Part shown: one piece after another, positions 1-8,483 of the stretch
How positions within the stretch are numbered: the first letter of the stretch is position 1
Layout: each line of letters begins with the position of its first letter
Origin: a virus
Taxonomy: Duplodnaviria > Caudoviricetes
Strand: one strand, 5' to 3'
DNA: 49,342 nt
IMG/VR virus record: IMGVR_UViG_3300020045_002407
Coordinates: 1 to 49,342 of that record
Made by a program: the position numbers and the translations under genes
The notes under the pieces: generated by a model
The model's input: only the letters and a program-made list of their open reading frames with translations
Databases searched by the model: none
What the model was told of the DNA's origin: nothing

Positions 1-1
1 A

Positions 2-106
2 GTACTTGTGGCTGTTGGGCTGTGGTACGGAATGCTGTTGAGCGAGGCTGCGTTTTTAAGGGCAGCTAATGGATTTGAATTGGGGGAGGTAGACTTAAAT
101 GCATGA
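2..106 (+). CDS. 3' end of a CDS truncated by the window edge
   Basis: Open frame from position 2 (VLVAVGLWYGMLLSEAAFLR...) to TGA 104-106, overlapping the next start. Confidence 0.4.
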   Translation, partial: VLVAVGLWYGMLLSEAAFLRAANGFELGEVDLNA

Positions 107-440
107 AGCATTCAGCTTTGCGTCGCAAGTGGCGACCGTCAAGAATACGTTTTGGGGCACACTCGAACCGCAGCCGCGCAGCCCCCTGCAGCGAGACAAC
201 TTGAAGCTCGTGCATAAGCGCAATGTGGAAAAGGCTGTAGATCGTTACCGTATTGCTATTGGTGATTCGTGGAAGACGACCACCGAAGTTGAGTGGGCGC
301 TCTGTATGGACGCTACTACATGCAATGCATTTTTGCGTAAGTTGTTTGTGCTAGGCTACATTGAGCGTAGGCCTAGAGACAACACGCCAACATACATCCG
401 CAACCGCGGTTGGGAGTTCCGCTGGATTAGCGGAAAATAA
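99..440 (+). CDS. hypothetical protein, possible winged-helix DNA-binding
   Basis: GGAGG RBS upstream; TTTEVEWALCM...AFLRKLFVLGYIERR pattern resembles a wHTH. Confidence 0.6.
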   Translation: MHEAFSFASQVATVKNTFWGTLEPQPRSPLQRDNLKLVHKRNVEKAVDRYRIAIGDSWKTTTEVEWALCMDATTCNAFLRKLFVLGYIERRPRDNTPTYIRNRGWEFRWISGK

Positions 441-452
441 TCAGGAGATGTT

Positions 453-1133
453 ATGAAAGTAGCAATTGTCTTTGACACAGAAACAACTGGCTCAGATGAG
501 ACCGACCAGATCATCGAGGCCGCTTGGCTAGAGCTTGACGAGAGCTTTGGTATAGTCGGCGAATTCTGCCAGCGCTACAAGCCAAGCGTGCCGATCAATA
601 TCGGTGCGATGGCAACACATCACATCCTGGAAGGCGAACTTGTAGATTGTTGGCCCAGTGCGGACTTCGTGTTTCCAAACGTTGACTACGTTATTGGCCA
701 TAAGGTAGACTTCGACATGGGCATGGCTAAGCAAGCCGAAGATTACCCACATCGCATCTGCACGCTAGCCTTGGCCCGACGGTACCTGCCTGATTTGCCT
801 ACGCACACGCAGTCTGCATTGATGTATCATTTCTACGGCGACGCAGCCCGCCCACTGTTACGTGATGCGCACAACGCCCTGTGTGACGTGCAGAACTGCC
901 ACCGCATTCTAATGCTGCTCATTGAGGTGATTCGCGAGACCGGCTTTACGGTCGAGTCCCTTGAAGACTTGCATAAGATTTCTGAAGACGCACGCATTCC
1001 CATCATCATGCCGTTCGGTAAATGTAAAGGTGAGCGCATTGCGGATATGCCACTGCCATACAAGCAGTGGATTCTTCGTCAACCTGACTTTGACAAGTAC
1101 GTTGTCGAAGCCGTGCGACGTTCATTGAAGTAG
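453..1133 (+). CDS. DEDDh 3'-5' exonuclease, exodeoxyribonuclease X-like
   Basis: ExoI FDTETTG, ExoII GHKVDFD, ExoIII HNALCD; C-terminal MPFGKCKG...YKQW module; AGGAG RBS. Confidence 0.9.
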   Translation: MKVAIVFDTETTGSDETDQIIEAAWLELDESFGIVGEFCQRYKPSVPINIGAMATHHILEGELVDCWPSADFVFPNVDYVIGHKVDFDMGMAKQAEDYPHRICTLALARRYLPDLPTHTQSALMYHFYGDAARPLLRDAHNALCDVQNCHRILMLLIEVIRETGFTVESLEDLHKISEDARIPIIMPFGKCKGERIADMPLPYKQWILRQPDFDKYVVEAVRRSLK

Positions 1134-1140
1134 GCCGGCT

Positions 1141-1335
1141 ATGGCTTTGTTCAAAGTACAGATCTACCAAGCTGGCAAAGAGCCACGTTGGCTGTGGAAA
1201 GGTTTGCCTAGGACAAAGCCTCAGATATTTCCAACTAGGCGCACGGCTCGTTATGCCGGGGAGAAGTTTGTCCGCGACCGTGACTTTGTGGCTTTCGAAG
1301 TTAAAATACACAAACCAAGCGATACGTCGTCGTAA
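1141..1335 (+). CDS. hypothetical protein
   Basis: 64-aa ORF tightly following the exonuclease. Confidence 0.55.
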   Translation: MALFKVQIYQAGKEPRWLWKGLPRTKPQIFPTRRTARYAGEKFVRDRDFVAFEVKIHKPSDTSS

Positions 1336-1431
1336 CGTATCGAAATGGTTTCGTTGCGTGTAAGCGATTAGCTTACTGAAAATTTTAACGCGTTCGCTGC
1401 CAGCATGTGTTTTCAGTGAAAAGGAGCCAAA

Positions 1432-1629
1432 ATGCTTGTAATTAGAGTCACGTACTTTCCGCTAGTGGCACCTGGCGCAACGGAACTGTCTATAAGCCTG
1501 GAGAAGATTGTGTCTACTGAGGCCCTAGCTGTCGTGCCAGGTGCTACTGGCTATGCAGCTAATGCGCTTGTCAAAACGCTGCTTGCAAGTAGTGTTGCTT
1601 TTCAAACAGAATTGGAGTCGTTAAAATGA
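1432..1629 (+). CDS. hypothetical protein
   Basis: AAGGAG RBS; ATGA overlap with the next ORF. Confidence 0.55.
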   Translation: MLVIRVTYFPLVAPGATELSISLEKIVSTEALAVVPGATGYAANALVKTLLASSVAFQTELESLK

Positions 1630-1817
1630 CGGAGCACAAATTTGCAAGAGAAAGTACCGGGTCAGGTATTGCAGACACAGTTACCGCTGTATGCAGCTGT
1701 GGATGGAGAGGCATTCCGCGCCCCGGGTACGACGACTGGCAGCTTACCAATGTGCGTATGGACGAGCACTCCCATCGCCAAGACATTGCCAAGGAGCTCA
1801 AAAGTGAACATACTTAA
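1626..1817 (+). CDS. small hypothetical protein, possible Zn-binding
   Basis: GGAG RBS; AVCSCGWRG...HSH motif; coupled to neighbours. Confidence 0.6.
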   Translation: MTEHKFARESTGSGIADTVTAVCSCGWRGIPRPGYDDWQLTNVRMDEHSHRQDIAKELKSEHT

Positions 1818-2232
1818 TTTTAGGGCAGTAGCCGAGGCCATAGCCACTAACTCAAAGAATCCCAAGCGCAAGATTGGTGCCATCATACTGCGGCCAGACT
1901 TTACCATTGTGTCTACTGGCTGGAACGATATTGCACGGGGCGTAGAGCATAGGGCCGAGCGCTACGAACAACCACTAAAAGACTTCTACTGCGTGCATGC
2001 CGAGCTTAACGCCATACTTAATGCCGCGCGCATTGGCGTCAGTACTGATGGATGTATTATGCTTGTTACAGGCTTGATGCCGTGTGCTAATTGTGCCAAT
2101 GCAATTGTGCAAGCGGGTATTCGTGGCGTAGCGTTCCCGAGGTCGAATGAAATAGACACACGTTGGCAAGAGAGTTTTTCCCACAGTTTCAACATTTTAA
2201 AAGAAGGCGGAGTTCAGTATGGAGCATACTAA
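1804..2232 (+). CDS. dCMP deaminase
   Basis: KIGAII, STGWN, HAELNAI and PCANC Zn-deaminase motifs; start moved to GTG 1804 (AAGGAG RBS). Confidence 0.9.
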   Translation: MNILNFRAVAEAIATNSKNPKRKIGAIILRPDFTIVSTGWNDIARGVEHRAERYEQPLKDFYCVHAELNAILNAARIGVSTDGCIMLVTGLMPCANCANAIVQAGIRGVAFPRSNEIDTRWQESFSHSFNILKEGGVQYGAY

Positions 2233-2635
2233 TTTTGATTTTATTGGCGCTGTTGTAGATTTCAACAAGCAGGTACTTGGCGTTGCGCCACGAGAGCTTA
2301 ACCTGCTTCCGCTGAATGAGCATCTGCATGCATGCAAGTGTCTAAACGAAGAGCTCACAGAGTACTGCGAGGCTTACTCCGAAGGCAAGTTCGTGGATTC
2401 GGTTGATGCATTGGTTGACCTGCTGTACTTCGGTATCGGGGCGCTATACAAAATGGGGCTTACTGCTGGACAAATCAAAGATGCGTGTCATATCGTGCAC
2501 GAAGCCAATATGCTGAAGAAGTTCGGTGCAGTAGACAAGCGCTACAATGGGGCACCAGATGCCGTAAAGCCTGCTGGCTGGACTAGGCCTGAAGCTAAGA
2601 TTGCGCAAGCTTTGGGAGTAGCACTATGCAACTAA
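2219..2635 (+). CDS. MazG-like (all-alpha) nucleoside triphosphate pyrophosphohydrolase
   Basis: LNEELTEY...VDALVDLLYF...VHEANMLK...VKPAGW motifs. Confidence 0.85.
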   Translation: MEHTNFDFIGAVVDFNKQVLGVAPRELNLLPLNEHLHACKCLNEELTEYCEAYSEGKFVDSVDALVDLLYFGIGALYKMGLTAGQIKDACHIVHEANMLKKFGAVDKRYNGAPDAVKPAGWTRPEAKIAQALGVALCN

Positions 2636-3051
2636 AGACAGAACTGAGCTGCGGTGACAAAGTCTGGTATTTCGATGGCGCATTTGCTACAGAGCTCACT
2701 ATCGGGCAAGTTAGAGTTGAGTATACATACTCGTTAGGCTGTACAGACTTTGAATTCCGCGGCAGTGTAGTGGTAAACGGCGGGGACAACTATGCCAGTA
2801 TGCCGGCCGTCCAAGAAGAGATGTACATGTGTACAGAGACTGGTGTAGGCAGCGGTAACTTATACAAGCTTGGCGTGTCAATATTCCTCACCAAAGAAGC
2901 TTGTCTGAAGGCTAGCGCAGACCGCATTGCAGAGCTAGAGCGTGAGAGACTAGCACGAGTTAAGCGAGAAGAAGATGCACTACTACGGGAAGAAACAGCG
3001 CTTCGTACCAGGCTTGCCCGTATTGACGCAGTAAAGGCAAGTCGAAAATAA
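2626..3051 (+). CDS. hypothetical protein
   Basis: GGGAG RBS; GDKVWY...IFLTKEAC pattern and coiled-coil C-terminus. Confidence 0.7.
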   Translation: MQLKTELSCGDKVWYFDGAFATELTIGQVRVEYTYSLGCTDFEFRGSVVVNGGDNYASMPAVQEEMYMCTETGVGSGNLYKLGVSIFLTKEACLKASADRIAELERERLARVKREEDALLREETALRTRLARIDAVKASRK

Positions 3052-3065
3052 ATTTGCATGCTGGC

Positions 3066-3094
3066 GGTGTTTAACTGTAAAGCTGCGTTATAAT
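3066..3094 (+). promoter_or_regulatory. putative sigma70-type promoter
   Basis: TATAAT at 3089-3094 in an AT-rich intergenic gap; no well-spaced -35 found. Confidence 0.45.
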
Positions 3095-3132
3095 ATGTTT
3101 GTTCGCAGTTAAATACAACTTGGAGAATAGAA

Positions 3133-4092
3133 ATGAGTCATGAGATAGCGACAATGACAGATGGCCGTAGTGCTATGGCTTACGTAGGCGATGCACCATG
3201 GCACGGGCTTGGACAGCAGTTGTCAGTCGGCGCAACACTCGAAGTGTGGAGCAAAGAAGCCGGGCTGAACTTCACAGTCAATGAGGCTGATGTAAAGTAC
3301 CAAGTTGGCACCGGCATAGCTGTATTTCCCAGCCGCAAGGTGCTGTATCGCAGCGACACTAATGTCCCGCTTGCAGTTGTTGGCAGCAAGTACAAAGTAG
3401 TTCAGCCAATGGATGTGCTTGAGTTCTTCCGCAATTTGACAGTGCAACATGGCTGGCAACTCGAAACCGCTGGCGTGTTGTTCAACGGGGCCAAGTACTG
3501 GGCGCTTGCTCGTACTGGCCAAGAGGTACGAATCAAGGGCCAGGATTTGCTGCAAGACTACGTGTTGCTAGCAACTGCTTGCGACGGAACTTTGAAGACA
3601 ACAAGTAAGCGTACGTCAATCCGCGTTGTATGCAACAATACGCTATCCATCGCTACGGCGCGTGGCATGTCGGTCAAGGTAAGCCACGCCACCACGTTCA
3701 ATGCAGATGCCGTGCAGGCCGAGATGGGACTGACTGATTGTTGGGCTGACTTTGCGGAGAGTATGTCTCAGCTTGCCGAGCGCCGTGTGTCTAATGCCGA
3801 GGCAGTACAGTACGTAGTTGCATTGTTTGGTGATAAGACGTTGCCTATTGACCAGCAACCAGCTATTCAGACCATTGCCAAGGTGCTGCAGCTGTTTGAT
3901 GGCCAAGGGCGTGGCTCTGACTTGGTATCGGCTAAGGGCACGGCGTTTGGCCTTGTGAACGCTGCGACTGAATACATCGACTGGCACAAAGGTGTAGATC
4001 AGTCCCGCCGGCTTGACAATGCCTGGTTCTTAGGCGGAGCAAGCGTAAAAGAACGTGCGTTCAGCTTGGCCACTGAGCTCTTGGCGGCTTGA
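3133..4092 (+). CDS. DUF932 domain phage/plasmid protein
   Basis: MAYVGDAPWHGLG, LETAGVL, DGT...IRVVCNNTL, GTAFGLVNAATEYIDW are typical of the family. Confidence 0.85.
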   Translation: MSHEIATMTDGRSAMAYVGDAPWHGLGQQLSVGATLEVWSKEAGLNFTVNEADVKYQVGTGIAVFPSRKVLYRSDTNVPLAVVGSKYKVVQPMDVLEFFRNLTVQHGWQLETAGVLFNGAKYWALARTGQEVRIKGQDLLQDYVLLATACDGTLKTTSKRTSIRVVCNNTLSIATARGMSVKVSHATTFNADAVQAEMGLTDCWADFAESMSQLAERRVSNAEAVQYVVALFGDKTLPIDQQPAIQTIAKVLQLFDGQGRGSDLVSAKGTAFGLVNAATEYIDWHKGVDQSRRLDNAWFLGGASVKERAFSLATELLAA

Positions 4093-4093
4093 C

Positions 4094-4267
4094 ATGGATA
4101 TACCATTCAAACTACCTCTTCGGCTCGAAGAGTCACAAGCGCGGCTAATGCTGGTGTCAGCAGATCACGAACTGATAGCAGACTTGGTAGCGGCTACACT
4201 TGACGAAGCACGCGCAATCGTGTACTTGATTAATACTGGAGGTGCCACACATGTATCTCAGCAATGA
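4094..4267 (+). CDS. hypothetical protein
   Basis: ATG 4094 immediately after the DUF932 stop. Confidence 0.55.
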   Translation: MDIPFKLPLRLEESQARLMLVSADHELIADLVAATLDEARAIVYLINTGGATHVSQQ

Positions 4268-4328
4268 AGCCATGCTAGCACTGATTATGATCGCGCTGTT
4301 CATCGCACCATTTATTTTCACGGAGTAG
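4251..4328 (+). CDS. 25-aa putative single-pass membrane peptide (not in ORF track)
   Basis: GGAGGT RBS at 4238-4243; MYLSNEAMLALIMIALFIAPFIFTE; fills the gap to the next gene. Confidence 0.55.
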   Translation: MYLSNEAMLALIMIALFIAPFIFTE

Positions 4329-4330
4329 CT

Positions 4331-4780
4331 ATGGCCTATGAAGAAGAGTATGAAGAACTTGATGAGGAGTACGGCGCTGGCGAACTTGAGCTCGTGCCTA
4401 TCGAGTTCCCGGCCGATATCGGTGAATGCATTGACAAGCTCTACGTTCTCAGAGCCCAGCGCTTAGTATTTGAGAAGGAGCTGAGGCAACGCAAGCGTAC
4501 TGAGGCGGCGTACAAGTTACACATTATCGGTATTCTTGGCGAGCTGAAGATGGAGGGTGGCAAAGGCACAACGGCTAACTCCTCCATCACGCGTAAAGAA
4601 ATGCCAACGCCTGATGACTGGAATGCGATTTACGAGTATATCGAGGCCACGCAAGCATGGGACCTCATGCAAAAGCGGTTGAGCACCAAAGCAATACAAG
4701 AGCGCTGGGACCTCGGTGAAGAAGTTCCAGGTATCGGCAAGTTTGAAAAAGTTGATTTATCCCTAACCAAAGTAAAGTGA
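4331..4780 (+). CDS. conserved phage protein of the replication/recombination module
   Basis: Coiled-coil N-half; DWNAIYEYI...DLMQKRLS...GEEVPGI pattern; upstream of SSB-like gene. Confidence 0.7.
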   Translation: MAYEEEYEELDEEYGAGELELVPIEFPADIGECIDKLYVLRAQRLVFEKELRQRKRTEAAYKLHIIGILGELKMEGGKGTTANSSITRKEMPTPDDWNAIYEYIEATQAWDLMQKRLSTKAIQERWDLGEEVPGIGKFEKVDLSLTKVK

Positions 4781-4790
4781 GGAAAGTAAC

Positions 4791-5594
4791 ATGGCAAAGA
4801 AACCTGAAGCAGCCGAAGCTATGATTGATGCGATTGACGTAGGCGCCATTGAAGCCGCGCCACAAGCAGCAACAACTGCAGTTGCAACTATTGCAAGCTT
4901 TGAAGACGAGCTGGCCCAGTATGCCGTTGAAGCAGCGGAGTCTGAGAGCATCGTTGGCACGTTCCTGTCATTTAAAGGCGGCCGCCTGTCGATCGCAGAC
5001 AACCCGGTAGCGGGTAACAAGCTTGACTGCATTATTGTGGCGTCCATCAATGAAAATGCCTACTACCCAGGCAAGTACAATCCCGACAGCCCCCAGCCGC
5101 CAGTGTGCTTCGCTTTTGGAAATGACGAAGCCGACATGGCACCCCACGAAGACAGCCCGAAGCCGCAGCATACTTCGTGCCTCGGCTGCCCGATGAACGA
5201 ATGGAAGTCGGACCCGAACAGCGATGGCAAAGCATGCAAGAATGTGCGTCGCCTAGCACTCGTGGCGGCAGATGTCGTAAACGACCCGAGCAAAATTCTT
5301 GGCGCTGAGCAGATTTACGCCAAGCTGCCTGTGACGTCGGTCAAAGAGTGGGCCAAGTATGTGCATGGCGTTGCCACCGAGTTCAAGCGGCCGCCGTTCG
5401 CAGTGGTGACGACGATCACAGCCGAGCCTGACCCCAAGACACAGTTCAAGGTCAAGTTCACTGCAAAAGAACGTGTGCAGATTGGCGAAGCTACGGTACA
5501 ATTGATCGCGCTGCACAAGGCCGCTGAAAAGACGATCGGCTTCCCGTACCAAGCTATGACCGAGCCGGTTGCTGACAAGAACGCCAAGTTCTAA
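4791..5594 (+). CDS. putative ssDNA-binding/annealing protein with Cys cluster
   Basis: PVCFA...CLGCPMNEW...KACKNVRRL; GAGG RBS; position before polA; function inferred. Confidence 0.6.
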   Translation: MAKKPEAAEAMIDAIDVGAIEAAPQAATTAVATIASFEDELAQYAVEAAESESIVGTFLSFKGGRLSIADNPVAGNKLDCIIVASINENAYYPGKYNPDSPQPPVCFAFGNDEADMAPHEDSPKPQHTSCLGCPMNEWKSDPNSDGKACKNVRRLALVAADVVNDPSKILGAEQIYAKLPVTSVKEWAKYVHGVATEFKRPPFAVVTTITAEPDPKTQFKVKFTAKERVQIGEATVQLIALHKAAEKTIGFPYQAMTEPVADKNAKF

Positions 5595-5603
5595 GGAGGT
5601 TGT

Positions 5604-5861
5604 ATGGAACAAGGAACTTTACCCGGTACAGTAACTACGAGCCAAGCGCGTGATGGTATGCTCTCGGATTTGAACTCGTGGGCCACACTGCAAGGGCTTT
5701 TGCCGAAACTTGACAATGAGGCGGACGTGCGGTTTCTCATGACAGCGGAGCAAAGTGGCAAGAACCGAATCCGCATCATTGACCGGCTCTACGCGCGCTA
5801 CTCCGTGCTGCGTCGCGAGAGAGAACGTCGCGACTTGGCTAGCGGTACATTGCCGTTCTGA
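5604..5861 (+). CDS. hypothetical protein
   Basis: Strong AAGGAGGT RBS; 85 aa. Confidence 0.7.
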   Translation: MEQGTLPGTVTTSQARDGMLSDLNSWATLQGLLPKLDNEADVRFLMTAEQSGKNRIRIIDRLYARYSVLRRERERRDLASGTLPF

Positions 5862-5920
5862 GCAGCCTGCCGAACACAGGTTTCTCCACCAGTTTGCCGC
5901 TGGGCTCGTAAGGCATGACA

Positions 5921-6090
5921 CCCCGGAAAGACGGGGGACCCACACGAGACACGGGCAAGAGTTATCTGTATCGACGCTAGCTTAGGAGCGCATTGAATCT
6001 GCGGGTAATGCCTCAGATGCCGCTAAGACGTGTCTCGTGTGGGTCGCGCAAAACCCCGTACACTCCACATCAGCAGTGAAGGCCGTGGAG
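5921..6090 (+). ncRNA. candidate structured RNA / leader upstream of DNA polymerase
   Basis: Perfect 17-bp inverted repeat 5937-5953/6029-6045 plus hairpins at 5921-5936 and 6063-6090. Confidence 0.45.
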
Positions 6091-6140
6091 CTGGTCAACA
6101 GCATAATGCGTGGCTCACTTCATATTATCTTGGAGAAGAT

Positions 6141-7988
6141 ATGCTAATTGCATGGGATTACGAAACCGAGGCTATACAGCCTTTGCCTGTTTACCCACCA
6201 CGCCCCGTAGGCTTAGCTCTGTATGTAGAGGGCAAAGAGCCTCGCTACTACAGCTGGGGGCATCCTACTGGAAACAACTGTGAGGAGGCCGAGGCGCGAG
6301 AAGTATTGTCTGCACTATGGGCTAATTCAGATGTAGAACTGATTGCCCACAACAATGTGTTTGACTTGGCTATTGCACATAAGCACTGGGGCCTGTCTGC
6401 CTATCGAGATAAGCTGCATGATACGCTAGTCATGGCGTTTCTCTGTGATCCGCATGCGCAGACTTACGCTCTGAAGCCAATGGCTGAGAAGCTACTCGAC
6501 ATGCCGCCAGAGGAGTCTGACGCACTGCGGGACTACTGCATTGCTAATGGGCTCATCAAGCGTGGGGCTAAAGAATACGGGGAGCACATCAGCAAAATAC
6601 CTGGCGATCTTGTAGGCCCGTATGCCATAGGCGACGTCGTGCGTACTATGGAGTTTTACAAGTATTTCAAGGACAAAATAGAAGAGGCTGGCATGTGGGA
6701 TGCATACCGCCGCGAGATGACTTTGCAGCCAATCATGCTGCAAAATACGCTCGATGGCATACGCGTCGATGTCGACAGGCTGACTTGCGAAGTCGCAATG
6801 TACGATAATGCGCTTGCGAAAATAGACAAGCTTCTGTTCCAGCTGTTGGGTTGTGAGCCATTCAATATCGACTCAGACGCCCAGCTCGCAGACGCTATTG
6901 ATAAGGCTCACCCAGGGCTTGTTTGGACCTACACAAAAACCGGCAAGCGGTCTACCTCCAAGGCAAATATGGAGAAGACGCTTGAAGGGCTGACCGGTAA
7001 GCTCCTAGCTGTGATGCAGTACCGCGCCTCGATACATACCTGCGTCAATACGTTTATGAGGCCGTGGCTAACTCAAGCAACGCACCCACTGGGCGGCGGT
7101 AGAATTAGGTGCCAGTGGTTCACGACGCGAGGTGATGACGGCGGAGCAAGAACTGGACGGCTAAGCTCATCGCCCAACTTCATGAATATCCCGACCCTCG
7201 AGTCAGCTAAGTTCGCCGCCGTGCTTAGGCTGTGGGACGAGTGGCTATCGGACGAGTTTCCTGCATTGCCTAATGTACGCAGCTACATCTTGGCAGACAG
7301 TGATGACGAAGTGCTTGTGTCCTACGACTTCGCGTCTCAAGAGCTGCGAGTACTTGCCCACTATGAAGACGGCTTGCTGCTGCAGGCCTATCAAGACGAC
7401 CCGACGCAGGACTTGCATCAGTTCTCGGCTAATACTATTTCAGCCGCCTTGAACATCGCCTTTGGGCGGAAGCAGGCGAAGACTGTCAGCTTCTCCATAC
7501 TCTATGGCAGCGGCCTCGATGCCCTAGCCGCCGGGCTCCAGGCTACCCGTGACGAGGCGATGACCATCAAAGAGGCCTACCTCACAGTGCTTCCAGGTGT
7601 GAAGGAGCTAATTGACAGTCTGAAAGCTCGCGCTCGTCAGAACTTGCCGATTAGGACTTGGGGCGGCAGAATTTACTACGTAGAACCTAAGCGCTTTGTT
7701 GATGGCCGCTGGCGTACGTACGACTACAAGCTACTAAACTACCTTATTCAGGGGAGTTCGGCAGATATTACCAAAGATGCCATTATTGCCTACTTCTTCC
7801 GCCGAGTACACGGCAGGTTTGTTTTGACAGTACACGATCAAATAGTCCTCTCGGTGCCAAGAAAACACTTGCATACCGAGGCACGCATTTTGCAAGATTG
7901 TATGGAGTCTATAAAGCTAGACGCGAAGCTCTTGGCGGATGGTTCTTATGGACATAATTTACATGAAATGGAGGAACTTGCGGTATGA
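6141..7988 (+). CDS. polA: DNA polymerase family A with 3'-5' exonuclease domain
   Basis: Exo WDYET; RTGRLSS; motif A YDFASQELRVLAH; motif B RKQAKTVSFSILYG; LNYLIQGSSAD; motif C VHDQI; start moved to ATG 6141 (GGAG RBS). Confidence 0.95.
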   Translation: MLIAWDYETEAIQPLPVYPPRPVGLALYVEGKEPRYYSWGHPTGNNCEEAEAREVLSALWANSDVELIAHNNVFDLAIAHKHWGLSAYRDKLHDTLVMAFLCDPHAQTYALKPMAEKLLDMPPEESDALRDYCIANGLIKRGAKEYGEHISKIPGDLVGPYAIGDVVRTMEFYKYFKDKIEEAGMWDAYRREMTLQPIMLQNTLDGIRVDVDRLTCEVAMYDNALAKIDKLLFQLLGCEPFNIDSDAQLADAIDKAHPGLVWTYTKTGKRSTSKANMEKTLEGLTGKLLAVMQYRASIHTCVNTFMRPWLTQATHPLGGGRIRCQWFTTRGDDGGARTGRLSSSPNFMNIPTLESAKFAAVLRLWDEWLSDEFPALPNVRSYILADSDDEVLVSYDFASQELRVLAHYEDGLLLQAYQDDPTQDLHQFSANTISAALNIAFGRKQAKTVSFSILYGSGLDALAAGLQATRDEAMTIKEAYLTVLPGVKELIDSLKARARQNLPIRTWGGRIYYVEPKRFVDGRWRTYDYKLLNYLIQGSSADITKDAIIAYFFRRVHGRFVLTVHDQIVLSVPRKHLHTEARILQDCMESIKLDAKLLADGSYGHNLHEMEELAV

Positions 7989-8185
7989 AAAGAACTAGGG
8001 CAAGTGCGCCAAAACAACCAAGCACCGTGTGCTTTGAATGCGGCACTTTGTATGCTTGTGAGAAACGCGAAGGCGCAAGCTCGTACCACCAAGGGCGATG
8101 CGATGTATGCCATGAAGTAAAACAGGTCACAGACCCCCGGGACTTTGGATACCTCAATAGAGACTGGGTGGACCACAATGCTTGA
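7985..8185 (+). CDS. small Zn-finger protein
   Basis: CFEC...CDVC; ATGA overlap with polA. Confidence 0.65.
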   Translation: MKRTRASAPKQPSTVCFECGTLYACEKREGASSYHQGRCDVCHEVKQVTDPRDFGYLNRDWVDHNA

Positions 8186-8483
8186 AAGAGACGTAGAGCG
8201 GCGCTTCAAAGCCCGCTTAGAAAGAGAGCTTGGCCTACGTAGCGCCAAGCTCCAGGCTATCTCTAATGTTGGGTGGCCCGATCGCTTAGTGCCGTTGAAG
8301 AACGGCCTATCAATTTATGTAGAATTCAAAGCGCCTGGCCGCGAGAATAATACGTCAGCTCACCAAGAAGACGTCATCGCATGGCTTACTAAGTGCAATA
8401 TACCAGTATTAGTAACTTCGTCAGCGGAGGAGGCTATTCGCTTCTGTATTAGGCACGGTATGCGAAAGGTTTCGAATGTCTGA
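8178..8483 (+). CDS. VRR-NUC domain nuclease
   Basis: LERDVE...GWPDRLV...YVEFKAPG...Q PD-(D/E)xK signature, upstream of SNF2 helicase. Confidence 0.85.
   Translation: MLERDVERRFKARLERELGLRSAKLQAISNVGWPDRLVPLKNGLSIYVEFKAPGRENNTSAHQEDVIAWLTKCNIPVLVTSSAEEAIRFCIRHGMRKVSNV

Noticed and set aside
1399-3065. GCCAGCATG near 1399 and its reverse complement near 3057
   Set aside because: A 9-bp match is expected by chance in a window of this size.
5862-6140. tRNA or retron msr-msd
   Set aside because: No cloverleaf or GTTCRA T-arm, and no reverse transcriptase in the window.
6030-6140. N-terminal extension of PolA given in the ORF track
   Set aside because: It overlaps the structured element; the RBS and the Exo I motif support ATG 6141.
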